64,000 nucleotides of DNA from Octopus sinensis (Eukaryota). Positions within the stretch are counted from its first letter, which is position 1. The number at the start of each line of letters is the position of its first letter. Positions 1-13,444 of this stretch are shown in pieces. Where the stretch lies: the NCBI RefSeq assembly GCF_006345805.1, contig NC_043003.1, positions 32,922,001 to 32,986,000 on the forward strand. The letters are read 5' to 3'. Below the pieces are notes generated by a model that saw nothing but the letters and a program-made list of their open reading frames with translations, was not told the origin of the DNA and made no database searches. The position numbers were made by a program, and so were the translations under genes.

Positions 1-82
1 ACTCCCAAGACTGTAACCCCTCTTGATTATTATGTGGGGGCGCAGTTGAGCGAGAGAGCAACAAAACTCCTTGCAACATCAC
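1..82 (+). mobile_element. Tc1/mariner (maT-like) transposase 3' fragment
   Basis: Decayed S-x-D-C-N-P-L-D-Y-Y-V-W-G-A-V-E-R-E-S-N-K-T-P-C-N reading. Nearly co-linear with 21315-21395 in this window. Confidence 0.6.
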
Positions 83-272
83 TTCCTTCCTAAAGGCAAG
101 ACGTGCTTTTATCTGTCTCTTCTCAAAGCTCTAAAGTGCAGTACCGTGGATGGCGCCAGGTAACCATGTGTAGTGAACGTGCTCTGAAGGCATACTACTA
201 GGAACATACCCATAAAGGGTTTCGATACTACATTTTAATATCTCCTATCGAAACTTTAATTTTAAACATAAC

Positions 273-350
<78 letters not shown>

Positions 351-699
351 AATGTGTGTGTGTATATAAAAATATCGTGTACATAAAAACACATTAAGAG
401 GCTTTTTACTGAAATTAGTTAGAAACCATGGTCTAGGAACTAAATTAGATGGTAAACGTTTTTATTTTCAATCCTTTCGAGAATTTATCCCTAATTAGTG
501 GTTTGAGTTTTCTGCTGCTCTTTCTTGAATAATCGTGATGAAATAAATCATAGACTAAAATAATGTTTTCAGAAATAATTAACTATAGCTCATGATTGGG
601 ATCTCATAAAGGATTGCAATAAAGTTCGAAAGGACGCTTGCAGTTTTATTTCAAAGTTCCAGAGACAACCCTGGCTGAAATCCTACCTGTTGGGCATTA

Positions 700-1680
700 A
701 GAGTTGCTCTTCTGTTGGCAATGTCTTCCTAAACCCTTTTCCTGACTGCACCACAAGCTTTCATAATGAATTCCTCATCAATGTCCTTTTCCCACATCCT
801 ACGGGAGGAGGTTTTGAGGGCTTGCCGGTTACTCTGGGCTTCTCACGAGCTTTTCAGTCCAGTTCATTCCAGATGCTTGGGTCTATAGGGTTCAAATCAG
901 GTGATGAAAGAGACCAAGTGTCCTTATCCCAAAACCTGTCCCAAAATTTATCCACCGCACCTGTGTCACGAGTTTCGACTTGCTGGAACGTAAGCTTAAA
1001 GTCCTTAACGCTCTTATTTGTGGTTTCCCTCGTCTCTTGCCTCAAAATATTCAGAAAGAATCCAGGTCTTTACGTCTTTCTAAACCTGAACATAGCAAAC
1101 TCCTGTCAGTCTCCTATCCTTCTCAACCATGATCAATAGCATCTTCTTGCCATCAGAATCCATGCAGGCAAAACTCATTACCTTGATAGGGGGATTTTTC
1201 CACCTGAAAATGTCATTTTTCTCTCCTGTCAGTTGATTCTGTTTGTGTGCTTATATTGAGTGAAATTCTTATCTGTTTAAAAGATCACTCAATTTGTTCA
1301 AGATGATCTTTGCCCTCTCCAGTCTTCTAACATTTTGTCCTGGAGTAACACGATGCCTCACAGGTTTCACGTACGATTTCATTTTCATGTTTTCTGTGAT
1401 CGCTCATTGAGACTCCAAGCGCCTTATGGATTAAGTCGGATCCCTTCTGATTGCTATTTTCAGCTCCAGATTGAAATGATGATCCCTTTGCGAATATGAC
1501 CTTCTGATCCAGTTTTCCCCTCCACTGTTCCCTCTTTCTCAAACTTATTCACAATTCTTTTAACAGTTCTTGAAAGTACTTTTAAAGATAGAAGTCATTC
1601 AGAGAATGATTGTTGGTATCGTCACTGAAGGTTTGGATTATCTTAGCTCTCTCAACTTTACTTCGTCGGCAAGATATGGT
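700..1680 (-). pseudogene. Decayed maT/DD37D-like Tc1/mariner transposase
   Basis: Minus-strand pieces MKSYVKPVRHRVTPGQNVRRLERAKIILNKL, KVMSFACMDSDGKK and TFQQ...FWDKDTWSLSSPDLNPIDPSIWNEL (SPDLNP motif). Multiple stops and frameshifts. Confidence 0.75.
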
Positions 1681-1817
1681 GAGGTTGGCACAAAACGATT
1701 TCAGCCTGTCTTCCTTCTAGCTAAATATCTCTAAGGGCATTTTACTGATTCTTAGAAAAGCTGGTGTCAGTATGGCCGTAGATCTTATCCGGAAAACATG
1801 GAAAATAGCAAATATAT

Positions 1818-2212
1818 ACAATAATAAATCCCTGAACGAGGTATAGACAGTAACTGCACGACAATGTGAAGTATATTTGCCATCTAAATATGGCTAACCA
1901 CTAAGGGTGGATGTTACTGTAGCTTGTAGCTCCAGGAGAACATCTCATCCAGCTGGCTATTGACACACTTTCTGTGCCCTATCGGTATTTGCAAAGGGAG
2001 GTCATCCTTCCCTCGTCAACCTAATTGATACGCACGGACTGCAGTTTCTGGGTATTGACTCCTCATCAGCCCACGACCATCACCGGTTTTCGATGGAAGG
2101 GTCCCAATGCAAATATTTATATCCTTTTTCCAGTGTCTTTTCGTCACTGATCTTGAAAAAGTGTAAACAAGCAATAATAAATCTCTGAGCGAGGTATAAG
2201 CAGTAACTGCAG
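1818..2212 (-). mobile_element. Penelope-like pseudo-LTR / retrozyme-type non-autonomous repeat
   Basis: About 41-bp direct repeat at both ends (CAATAATAAATCCCTGAACGAGGTATAGACAGTAACTGCA at ~1818; CAATAATAAATCTCTGAGCGAGGTATAAGCAGTAACTGCA at ~2172), plus an internal hammerhead-like motif. Confidence 0.55.
2030..2076 (-). ncRNA. Degenerate minimal type-I hammerhead ribozyme
   Basis: Minus strand CGTGGG-CTGATGA-GGAGT-CAAT-ACCCA-GAAAC-TGCA-GTC-CGTGCG. CUGAUGA and GAAA core, palindromic stem III (ACTGCAGT), GUC cleavage triplet; stems I and II have mismatches. Confidence 0.6.
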
Positions 2213-2890
2213 TTACACAATACACAAACATACACACGCACATACACACAGACGCACTCATACACACACACGAACAAACACATACACACAGCACTCTGAC
2301 AAATACAAATTACACACATACAGACACACACACGCACAAGCGTGCACACATATACACGCATCATCCTGCTAAATATAAATCACACGCATACACGGACCCA
2401 TACACACCCCAATCTGAACTCTAAACCAATCAAAAACAAACCCACCACACAAGCAAAAGCACACACACACACACACAGAGAAACGTGCACATAGATACAC
2501 ACACCATTTTGAACTCTAAGACCAGTCCCCCAAAACCACTGAATATTTTGAACATTTTCAAGTAAACTGTTTAAACAAAAAGCTCCACTTAGCATTTTCT
2601 TATCATTGTCAAAGATTCTATTTTTTAACATTTTCTTATCATTATCAAAGACGGTATAACTGTATTTTAATACAATTGTGATTACCATTTTTTAACACAA
2701 CAAAGCCTATACAAAGCTTTACATTTTACTTTTAATAATCATTAAAAAAAAAAGTGAAACCGGTCAAGTCAATAAACGTCTCTAAAAGACCACTGCATTT
2801 TCAAACCCTCTCTCATACATACATACATACATACATACATACATACATACATACATACATACATACATACATACATTCATACATACATAC

Positions 2891-2927
<37 letters not shown>

Positions 2928-3035
2928 TATACATATGTTTGTTGTCTACACAACTTGACTTCGTCTTTTGTTCTTTTTTTTGTGAATTCCCTCTACCACG
3001 CACACACGTATATATATGTATGTATGTATGTATGT

Positions 3036-3132
<97 letters not shown>

Positions 3133-3439
3133 CAAAAAGATGCGAGAGATAAAAATGGGAAGAAGAGGACGTTAAGTGACTAATGGAATCGTAGAGAATA
3201 CAATAAACTCGATGGATATATATCATGCATATGCAGATATATACGCGCACGCACGCACGCACACTCACACACACAAACACACACACATACAAAAACATAC
3301 ACACATTGACACATGCACACACGCACATAAACACATACGTGGCCATGCAGATGCGCTGATAAATAGGGCGATTGATACATAGGCGACTACTGAGAGACAT
3401 TTAGATAGACTGATTGCTAGATTGATAACTATAAAGACA

Positions 3440-3870
3440 CACTGACATATGTATCTCTTACGGATTTCCCGTCTTCTCTGGCGAACGGAATCAGTCACGT
3501 TTGCGCTGTTGATGATGATATAACGTGAAACGTCACGCCTACAAGCTTGCTGACGTCATTTGGTATTAAGATGGCGTATGCAATGTGGCTGGTTCAGCAA
3601 AGAAGGAAAAGAACGAGAACATTTGAAAAACCGGACAACAGTATGCGGCAGTTCTTGCCGAATTTATTTAGCGAAATCAAGCTGAAATCCATTAACATTA
3701 TGGTGTGTGATAGCTGATGATATTTCCCAAGTATAAAATAATCACGTGCTATTATCAATTGAAGGCATCGCCGCAATGGACAATTGGCATGTGTCGATGC
3801 GATGCGTGAGGGAGACGCATGGCTAGCTTCCTCCGTTTGGAGCAAGCATTTGCAGAAGAGAAATGTCTTT
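3440..3870. promoter_or_regulatory. Candidate cis-regulatory island
   Basis: Non-repetitive, CpG-retaining stretch with a full CRE TGACGTCA (3551-3558), a YY1-type AAGATGGCG (3568-3576) and an E-box CACGTG (~3742). Confidence 0.3.
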
Positions 3871-4040
3871 GAAAACAGTTTAGATTTATGAGTATGTATG
3901 TATGTATGTATGTATGTATGTATGTATGTATGTATGTATGTATGTATGTATGTATGCATGTATGTATGTATGCATGTATGTATGTATGTATGTGTATGTA
4001 TGTATGTAGTATGTATGTATGTATGTATGTATGTATGTGT

Positions 4041-5000
4041 GAGCATTTATGAGTGCCTGTGTATGTGTATTTGCACGTGTGTATTTTATGTATATGTATG
4101 CAGATACAAATGTATGTGTAAATGTTTTGGTTTTATTATTCAAACATCTATAAAGAAAAGCCGGTATCTAAATAAGAATTATTCTTTTTCATTGGAATTT
4201 AGACACCATAACCACTTCACATATGTGCATATATAAATACATACTCTTATACATACATACATACATACACACAAACGCACACACATACATACGTTCATAC
4301 ATACATGCACATACATACATACATACACACATACACACATGCATATAGGTTACTCTCCCTTCTCCTTTCTATATGTATGTATTTATGTATGTATGTATGT
4401 ATGTATGTATGTATGTATGTATGTATGTATGTATGTATGTATGTATAGGTGCAGATTTGTGTTTTGTTTTATGTATGTATGTATGTATGTATGTATGTAT
4501 GTATGTATGTATGTGCGCATGTATGGATGCATGTATGTATATATGTGTGTATGTTTGTATGTATGTATGTATGTATGTATGTATGTATGTATGTGTGAGC
4601 ATTTATGAGTGCCTGTGTATGTGTATTTGCACGTGTGTATTTTATGTATATGTATGCAGATACAAATGTATGTGTAAATGTTTTGGTTTTATTATTCAAA
4701 CATCTATAAAGAAAAGCCGGTATCTAAATAAGAATTATTCTTTTTCATTGGAATTTAGACACCATAACCACTTCACATATGTGCATATATAAATACATAC
4801 TCTTATACATACATACATACATACACACAAACGCACACACATACATACGTTCATACATACATGCACATACATACATACATACACACATACACACATGCAT
4901 ATAGGTTACTCTCCCTTTCTCTTTCTATATGTATGTATTTATGTATGTATGTATGTATGTATGTATAGGTGCAGATTTGTGTTTTGTTTTATGTATGTAT
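4041..5000. repeat. Near-identical tandem duplication, period ~556 bp, bounded by (TATG)n
   Basis: GAGCATTTATGAGTGCC...ATAGGTGCAGATTTGTGTTTTG occurs from 4041 and again from 4597. Confidence 0.9.
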
Positions 5001-5983
5001 TCTCATGCATATCGTTGCACATCTAGACATGTTCTTGTATATTTAAATGATAAACTTCTGGGAAGTTTTACAAATTTTTACAGTTCCAGTGATGGATTGG
5101 ATCTGTAGTCTTAGAATCAGCTTTCTCCATTCTGATTTTGAGAAGCCTAATTTCTCAAGATCGGAACTTGGGCAGTGTGTTACGTATGTCTGTCTGTCTG
5201 TATGTATGTATGTATGTATGCATGTATGTATGTATGTATGTATGTATGTATGTATGTATGTATGTATGTATGTATGTATGTATGTACGTATGTTTGTCTG
5301 TCTGTCTGTCTGTCTATCTGTCTGTCTGTCTGTCTGTCTGTCTGTATGTCTGTATGTATGTATGTATGTATGTATGTATGTATGTATATGGCATAGATGT
5401 CATTGCACGTGAGTTTCTGAGAAATCTAACATATATATTTGTACACATACTTGTTTGTATGTCTACACGCATGTATATGCTTTTATTACTAACCAATCTT
5501 CTAGAATGTTGGATATATGGCTTGTAATTGTAAAGTTTTAATGAAATAATTAAACATGTTCATTCTTGTATTTGAAATTCATTTATTCAAAATTAGTAGT
5601 GCAACAGTTATTTATATAACTAAGCATCTCAATAATTACAGGCATACATTCAAATTATTATCTGGATAGTTTATGAGTAGATTCATCATTAAATGATAGT
5701 AGATATTCTCTTTTCTACTTGTCCTAAATATATTAGCATCTGCTTCTAATTTATTGTATGCGGAAACTTCTGAGGACCATAATTTTTAATTCTGTTTCCA
5801 TACCCAATATTTATCACACCGTTATATTTTCTATTCTTAAATATCTGTAGCACTCCTCAACCACCAGCAAAGAAATAGTCAGATCAGTGATAGAGATGTC
5901 GCCAGACTGATTCGTAGTTATCCCGCATTTTCAATCATTTGGGTACAATTCACTTTGCCAACCTCTCTATGGTTTTGAGAATT

Positions 5984-6790
5984 TTAATTAGGTGAAGCCT
6001 TCTTTTTCATCCCACTCATAGTTTTGACAACATGTCCAAATATTTCTTTCAGGTCATCTGCAAAAACGCCTTGTGCCAATTTGGTGTTTCTGTTGTCTCG
6101 AGATCTAATGATGTACTTTTCAATACAAATGATAAACGGGTCATTGCTCATGCCAACAGCAGTGAACACATACAGCCATAAGCACTAAAGGGGATAACAA
6201 AAAAATATAAGGATCATTGTATGTATATTCCTTTGTGTGCCGGCATTGGTGTTGTTGGTATGAATGAATATGTGTGTGAAAAGTTCGGCTTCTTTGACTG
6301 GTGGAGTTACTGGTTTCTTATTATCTTGTTCTTTGCTTTGCGCAACTCTGACCGCTTGTTGGGCCTCCTGTCGTATTTGATGTGATTATGGTGAGTTGTA
6401 AATATCGTGTTTTATCAGCGAACAGAAGGCCTTTAAGTAGTTTGTGCAACCACATATGTGACACACGGGGCTTCTGATTTCCAGTACGAAGTCGTTGGAC
6501 AAATGTTGGCAAAATTTTTTCCCAGAATCTTTTACTAGAAGCTGAATTTTGAATCCAGTTCTCGGCAATTTTTTCCTAGTTGAAAGCCGTTACATCGTTT
6601 GTACATTTTTCTTCAGCCGTTCACACCGACAACGAGCAGAAATGGAATTCAGGTAGTACTTACCTAGTGGTGCTCCTCGCTATTCATTACTCCACGTAGT
6701 TGAGAGTGAACACGTCCCTCGTGCACAAACTAACGGAATGGTGCTATATAAGTTCTTCTTTTTGAACTTTTACTTACCTCATCGGATCCG
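5984..6790 (-). pseudogene. Possible decayed gag-like ORF1 (L1/Tx1-type LINE) with a zinc-knuckle remnant
   Basis: CHICGCTNYLKAFC fits CX2CX4HX4C with H>Y. Coding-like composition over ~800 bp with scattered stops. The family assignment is inference. Confidence 0.35.
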
Positions 6791-7813
6791 TAGCTTTTAA
6801 GTTTAATGAAATATACACACCACCGCACACACCCATGTTAACATATACACAGGCTTACTAAAACTCTCTCTCTGTCACACTCGGTGTTAATACTCGCATA
6901 CTACATACTTCACATAAACGTATATAATTTCAACAAAGTTCACGCTGCTTTACGCACAATCAAATACAAAAAAAACATATACACTTAAAAATACACTGGC
7001 ACATACATAAAAAAATACCCACAAAAATACATACGTGTAAAAACAGCCATACACATAACTTTTGTCTTAGAAGTTTGATCAATTCCCAGGCCTTACCTAT
7101 GTATATTTTTTGTTTAGAAACCGACAAAAAGAAAACGTAGACCTAACGAAGCCATTATTCAAGCTCTTTGTTCCCTATCTCACTTTCCATCAAGTAATCT
7201 ATAATCTGATAAGAGCTCGCTTTGATTTCTTTTTCTTTATATTCTTCAAGCGTGGCTTGGATTTAAAGTTAAGAAATTAGGTGCGCAACCAGTTGTTTCC
7301 GTGTTCGAAACGAGTGGGAAATGTCAAGAAGTTTGTCGATTGTAAATACATACATACATATGTTAGTGTGTGTGTATTTGTGTGTGTGCATGTGTTTGCG
7401 TGTGTTTGTGTGTATGTGTGTATACATACATACATACATAAACCTAACCACATATATATATTTATATGAAGCGTATACATATAGAATTCTTTGTTATGAC
7501 AAAAGTATTCAATTGCTGATGGAATGGTTGGTGATGCCGTTGTGGCACAACGTGCCTTGGTCATCTAAACTCGGCAAAGTTCTTCTTCTTCTTCTTCTTC
7601 TTCTTCTTCTTCTTCTTCTTCTTCTTCTTCTTCTTCTTCTTCTTTCTCTCTCTCTCTCTCTCTCTCCTTCACTACACACACACACAACGGACACATATAT
7701 TTACACATGCGTACAAATGTATGTATGTATGTATGTATTTATGTATGTATGTATGTAAGTATGTATGTATGTATGTATGTATGTATGTATGTATGTATGT
7801 ATGTATGTATGTA

Positions 7814-8370
7814 CGAAGTATGATTAGTAAGTACCCGGACTGTTGCCATAGTAATGAAGCTAAAGCACGCAGTGTAAAGCAGCTGGTCGCAGATTGACCT
7901 TGAACTCTGCTGTGCATGTGCACTAAGTTGTAACGTTCTAGCTCACTTCTACTGTATACAGCAGTGTTTGGAAGGAAGGTGTGGAGCGTGTGACTGTCGC
8001 ATCGACTATGATGAAGTTGTCATGGCGATAACTGCTCAGAGGCCTATGCAAAGTTGCAGAAAGTGTATGGAGAGGAGTGTTTAAGCCGCACACAAATGTA
8101 CGGGTGGCTCAGCTCAGACGTTTCTAAGATGGCCGAAAAATGTCGATAGTGACGAACTTTCTGGAAGACTCGCAACTAGTAGAACTGAGAAAAAACATTG
8201 CAGATGTGTGTGCAGCTGTGAGGGGAAGTCGTCGAATCACCATCCATGAGTTATCAGAGGATGTGCGGATTAGTTACGATTCAGTTCTCTTTGATCAGCT
8301 AAAAGCAATTTTGGAACAAACTTGGCAGACACGCGTCTCATACCCAAATCTTCAGTGATAATGAACTGAA
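7814..8370 (+). mobile_element. 5' part of a mariner element with an internal micro-inversion
   Basis: TA + CGAAGTATGATTAGTAAGTACCCGGAC TIR-like start. HTH remnants YAKLQKVYGEECLSRTQMYGW and RRITIHELSEDVRISYDSV. The continuation QFIITEDLGMRRVSAKFVPKLL lies on the opposite strand (8288-8362). Confidence 0.8.
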
Positions 8371-8372
8371 CT

Positions 8373-8746
8373 GCTGCTTTTCCTGCGTCTCTGTCCCTTT
8401 TGTGCGTCAGGGGTTTGGTTGATATTTCTTGTTCCTGGATTGCAAACGCATACCCTTCAAAGTGAGAGTTAGCAATCCGGCTGTTGGTCCATAATAGACT
8501 GCTTTGATGATCAATGTCACTATCATTCCGGAGCTTTCTACTTACATATCCATGCATAGTCTTCTGTTGATACACGCTCATCCTTTAATCTGATGATACG
8601 TTGCAGTAGAGTTTTGTGACTTCTTCGGGAATATATTTGAGGTTATCAGAGAAGGAATGTTGCTCAAGGAGCTGCTTTCCAAGTCTCATGATGTTTTTGA
8701 GCCTCATGTATGCAAACTTGTTCAAAGGATGCATTTCGACACTTGC
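8373..8746 (-). mobile_element. R4/Dong-clade non-LTR retrotransposon internal fragment
   Basis: YQQKTMHGY...DHQSSLLWT...HFEGYAFAIQEQEISTK aligns by eye with WQEKPLHGKY...DKEKSQQWL...ETEGFLIAAQDRSLPTR of the Dong copy at 36269-37114. Confidence 0.7.
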
Positions 8747-8780
<34 letters not shown>

Positions 8781-10332
8781 TGTATGTATGTATGTATGTA
8801 TTATGTATGTATACCAGTATGCAAGCCTTTATTTAGAGATGAATTATCAGCCGAACCGTTGGAGAGTCGGATACAATGACTTGTGGCATTTATTTAAACT
8901 CTTTGCGCACTGAGTTCAATTCTCACGATCCTCTTTAATGTAGATTAAATGAAAAATTACCACTCAAGCACGGTAGACAGCCTGAATTATTAAAATGTCG
9001 GATGAGACAATTTGCCATGTCCCTTCTGATTCTTTTCTCTCTGCTATACTACTTGTGCTAAGCTGTGTCAAACTTGCCTTTCTCTTGGAAAACATAGATG
9101 AAAGACAATCAGTTGCATGAGAACTACTAGACAAATAAAACAAACGTTGGAGAGAGTCTTTCCAAATAGAAAGAATCTTCCTAGATGTAGTTACAAAGTC
9201 AAATCTGACGGATGGAAGCCTATATATTCTCATGAAGAATAATAATAGTTACCGAGATAGGCGAAAAAGACTTGGTCTCTTTGAATTCAATGAACAGTTG
9301 CAATACATTATTTTGCACTGAGTTACGGGAACTCACACGTCACGCTCAGTTAGAAATACTGTAAAACAACAACTGGCCCGTTGGGAGCACGTAGCCAAAG
9401 ATACTACCGACTGTTTAGCAATTGTGATGCAAAGAGAGAGAAAAAAAGAAGAAAAAAACAACGGGAAAAAAATCGCATTTGGAAGAGGAGGAGGAGGGTT
9501 TTAACCAATTATTTGCTGCTAGTAATTACGAAACTGGTGTCTTATTTTAATGACACTAATAAGGACAAATGTGAAAGAGACAGCAGTAGATCTCAATGAG
9601 AAATTAACTTTGTACAGAAAGAAAAGCTACTAAATGCCTGAAATCACGTTAATCCAATGCTTTGCCGATTTTGTCAATCTACAACATATTTCATAATTGC
9701 TAATAACATTTATAATACCTCTACTATATGTTTATCAAAACGGTGCTTGTATTTACATAAAACATATCGAATCTATACGTTATCAAGCCAATTACGCTAA
9801 GATCTAAGGAACATTTGGTATTTATAGAAGAATATTACATCATTCACTAATTAAAGGTTTTTGATGTTATCCTAAAACTTACTGATAGAAGTTATATTTG
9901 ATACAAGATCTGTTAGGTCCAAGATCGACAAGCTATAATATCTATTAGAAAAAGTAAACATACTCTTAGATAAGAAATATGTCATTATAACATTGTATGC
10001 TTCTCTAGGCTTTGGATAAAAATATACTGGAGAATTCAATTCAAAATTTCTTAAGTTTCTGTAGAGTTTTGCATCCTTTATTAAAGAGATTGTGAGGTCT
10101 ACAAGATGTCTAACCGAGTTCGCTTAACTTCCTAAAGACCCCAACCGAAAACCCCGAAGCTACGTTTACTTCCGGCAGTAAACCGGTTCAATATTCTACA
10201 ATATTATAAACTGGCATTAATTTCTTTTGCAAAGTTTGTGATCTTTGATATTCTTACAAATTTATGAATAAATACTCTCTATTATTACGCTAAGCTCTTA
10301 TAAACATTTATCTATTTGCCCACCTGCTTTGC

Positions 10333-10509
10333 ATCTTCTTCTTCTTCTTCTTCTTCTTCTTCTTCTTCTTCTTCTCTTCTTCTTCTTCTTCTTCTTCTTC
10401 TTCTTCTTCTTCTTCTTCTTCTTCTTCTTCTTCTTCTTCTTCTTCTTCTTCTTCTTCTTCTTCTTCTCTTCTTCTTCTTCTTCTTCTTCTTCTTCTTCTT
10501 CTTCTTCTT

Positions 10510-10538
<29 letters not shown>
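10333..10538. repeat. Long (CTT/AAG)n microsatellite
   Basis: About 200 bp of CTT units with two phase slips. Confidence 0.95.
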
Positions 10539-10540
<2 letters not shown>

Positions 10541-13444
10541 TGTATATATATATATATTAGTATGTACAAGTACATACGCATATACACGAAGGGCATTCAA
10601 AAAGTATTCGCCAAAATTTATGCCGCGTGGGAAAAATCCATAGGGTGGAAGGTGACGCCATTTTTCTACGTGACCATGAAAGAGGGAAGGGGAGAGGGAG
10701 AGAGAGAGAAGGAGAAAGAGGGAGAGAGAGAGAAGACCACGAAGAAATTATGGCTTCCAAGGCCCATATTTCGTTGAGAGATTGCAGTTCGACTATTACA
10801 ATTACAATACTCTCTACATATCTTATTTTATCAACCTTTGAGTAATAGAACATGAAACCAACCCGAACGGGACATCGATGTCACGACGTAAAGTTGTGTA
10901 ATTAAATACTGCAGGTCCTTTTATCTGTCACTCTGTGGATTGTATCACTCCGCCATCAATTCTAGATCAGGCAAAACATTAATAAAACGATTAGTTGCTT
11001 TTTATTCTTAAGAATTAACGCTAGAATATTAAATAGCAAATAAAATACTGATCTCCTGGAGCACAAACATATATTCAAGTAATAGTGTCAGCTTATTGCT
11101 TTATTAGCAGTTTTTCTACATCCAGCTTTATTATAACAATAATCATAATAACTGCAGAAGTAATTACATAAAACCACACACTTAAATGCTGCACGTGTCA
11201 TAAAAGTTCGTGTATATTTCCCTTTCATATTTTGCTAATTCCACCATCGCGTGTAAAAGAAATAATATAGAAAAACGTGATACCGGTAAAAACGTGAATT
11301 ATAGAATTCGTTGCTGGTATTTTCTGTGACGAACACATAAGACATACGTTTCAGTGTAATCTCATACGCACGGACACGTTTAGGTTTTCAAATAGGATCG
11401 AAAATTTTCGAATACATTAAATATGTTTACGTAGACCACTCAATTTAACTTCACCGCTGTAATTTTTAATCATAGTTGATGCGCGCGTGTGTGTGTGTGT
11501 GTTTGGGTGGGGAGAAGAGAAGAGAAAGAGTGAGAGCAAAAGAAAAGAAAGAAGGAGAGAGAGAGAGACAGAGAGTGTTAATGCGTTTGATATCGGATCT
11601 TTGAAAGATTGGAAATGCTTTGCTATAATTGTTTTTGTTTTTGAAGAAGACAAGAGGTGAGAAGTCAGAACATTAAGTTCACGACACAGTTTCAATTCTG
11701 TGTTGTAGGTAATTCAATTTATTTATGGCCTATCATTAACTACAAATATAAGCAACGATGGAGATGTAGAAACAAAAGAGGAGACTATGCTGCTGCTGCT
11801 GCTGCTGCTGATAACGACGACGACAACGATGATGATGGTTATGACAATAACGACGACAATGGCGATGATGATGTCGATGAAAGCTAACTGACAGAGTTGT
11901 TACAAGGATGGATAAATTGCCTTATGGTGCTTGTATAAACACTCTGCACTTTGAGTTCAAATCCCGTTGAAATCAAATATACCATTCGTCCTTTAGAAGT
12001 CGATAAAAATGTAACAATCCAGAGCTGTGGATTTTCAGAATTGCTCGAGCATCGAGCAAAAGGACTTGGGGTATCTGTTCCAGCGCTTTGCTTTGGGATG
12101 GTAACACTTGAGACGACGCTGGAGCCACGTTGCATCGGTGGCCTACAGAAAAGAGAGTTGTATGCATGGCAAATTTATAGTCCTCCACGATTTTCCTTAC
12201 TCGAGTCTAACACTAACTAACTAATCCTTCATGACGATTATGTCGATAAAGTTCATAATGTTGGTAATGTTGTTGCTGTTGGTTAGTTCCACGTAAATTC
12301 TGATTAAACATTCCGTTAATGAATACGCTCCAGTGAAGACACTCCAAGCTTGCTTCCAGTCTCTGTATCAGAACTGCATTATCTGAAGTATCCTTCCCTT
12401 TTAAAGAAGATAATCTGTAGCTCGAGAGAGATTTGATTGCTATACCTAGCAAGCTGAGTGACCACTTAAAAGATCCCCTCATTGGAATCTCATTATAATT
12501 ATGTTTGATCACAAAGCAATTGGGTTCGCAAAATTGTTAATATGTCAGACAAAATGCCTTGTATGTTTGTTCTAGTTTTTTATATCCCGCATTCAGATCA
12601 CACCGAAATCAACTTTGCCTTTTTATCCCTCTAGGGTTGACAAAACAAAGCGCTAAGTTTCATATGATTGACTATTATCTCCTTCAAAATTTAAGGTCTT
12701 GTGTTTATATTAGAAGTAATTATCATTTCTTCCAGCTTTTTAGATTAAATGTTGCTGACATCATCATTGTCTTTCATCCTCTAAACTTTTTAGGCCATTG
12801 TCTAATAGATTTCTACGTAGTAAAAAGCAATTAGTTTATATGTTGATGATGATAACCAGCTATATGATTAACGGTTTCTACTTACACGACTGATCAAACC
12901 AGCCACATTACTGGTGTGGAACAATCGATCAGATATTCAGTACATTTGGTGTTTGATATTTTTGGTTGAAATATATGACAATAGTTTTAAAATGTTCAGT
13001 GTTTAGTTAAAAGACTTAGAACATATTCAATGAACCTTTATCAGGGACCCTGACAGTTATGGGAGAAGGAAAGATGTCAGCCTCAGAGTAGAAACTTCAT
13101 CCGAAAGCTTGAAATGGATTGGACTTCCCTGAAGACATCTAAGATTCTGATCGTGACTATGCAAGAACCGGATCGATCTCCCAGGTGGACTTCTAAATGT
13201 AGTTTCTGTATAACAAATTTTACCCACATGGTTTCGGTCAACGCCAGTCAATAATAAAATACATTTAGCAACTCAAGATGCGGTGTAGTGGGATTGAACT
13301 TGAAATTACCAATTATAAATCGTAATTCTTAACCATATAACCATACAAACATTAGAAATAAATATAACATAAAAAAAAAAAAATGTTCATAAAGAGACAA
13401 ACGAGCCCTATATTCTGTACGTAAATGCATGTCTATGAAAATAA

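Noticed and set aside
6657-6668. TACTTACCTAG resembling the U1 snRNA 5' end
   Set aside because: Downstream sequence does not match U1 and there is no Sm site; it is simply the complement of a donor-like motif.
9600-10100. Possible very old CR1/L2 RT remnant on the minus strand (SISKF*DNIK)
   Set aside because: A single degenerate motif, too weak to call.
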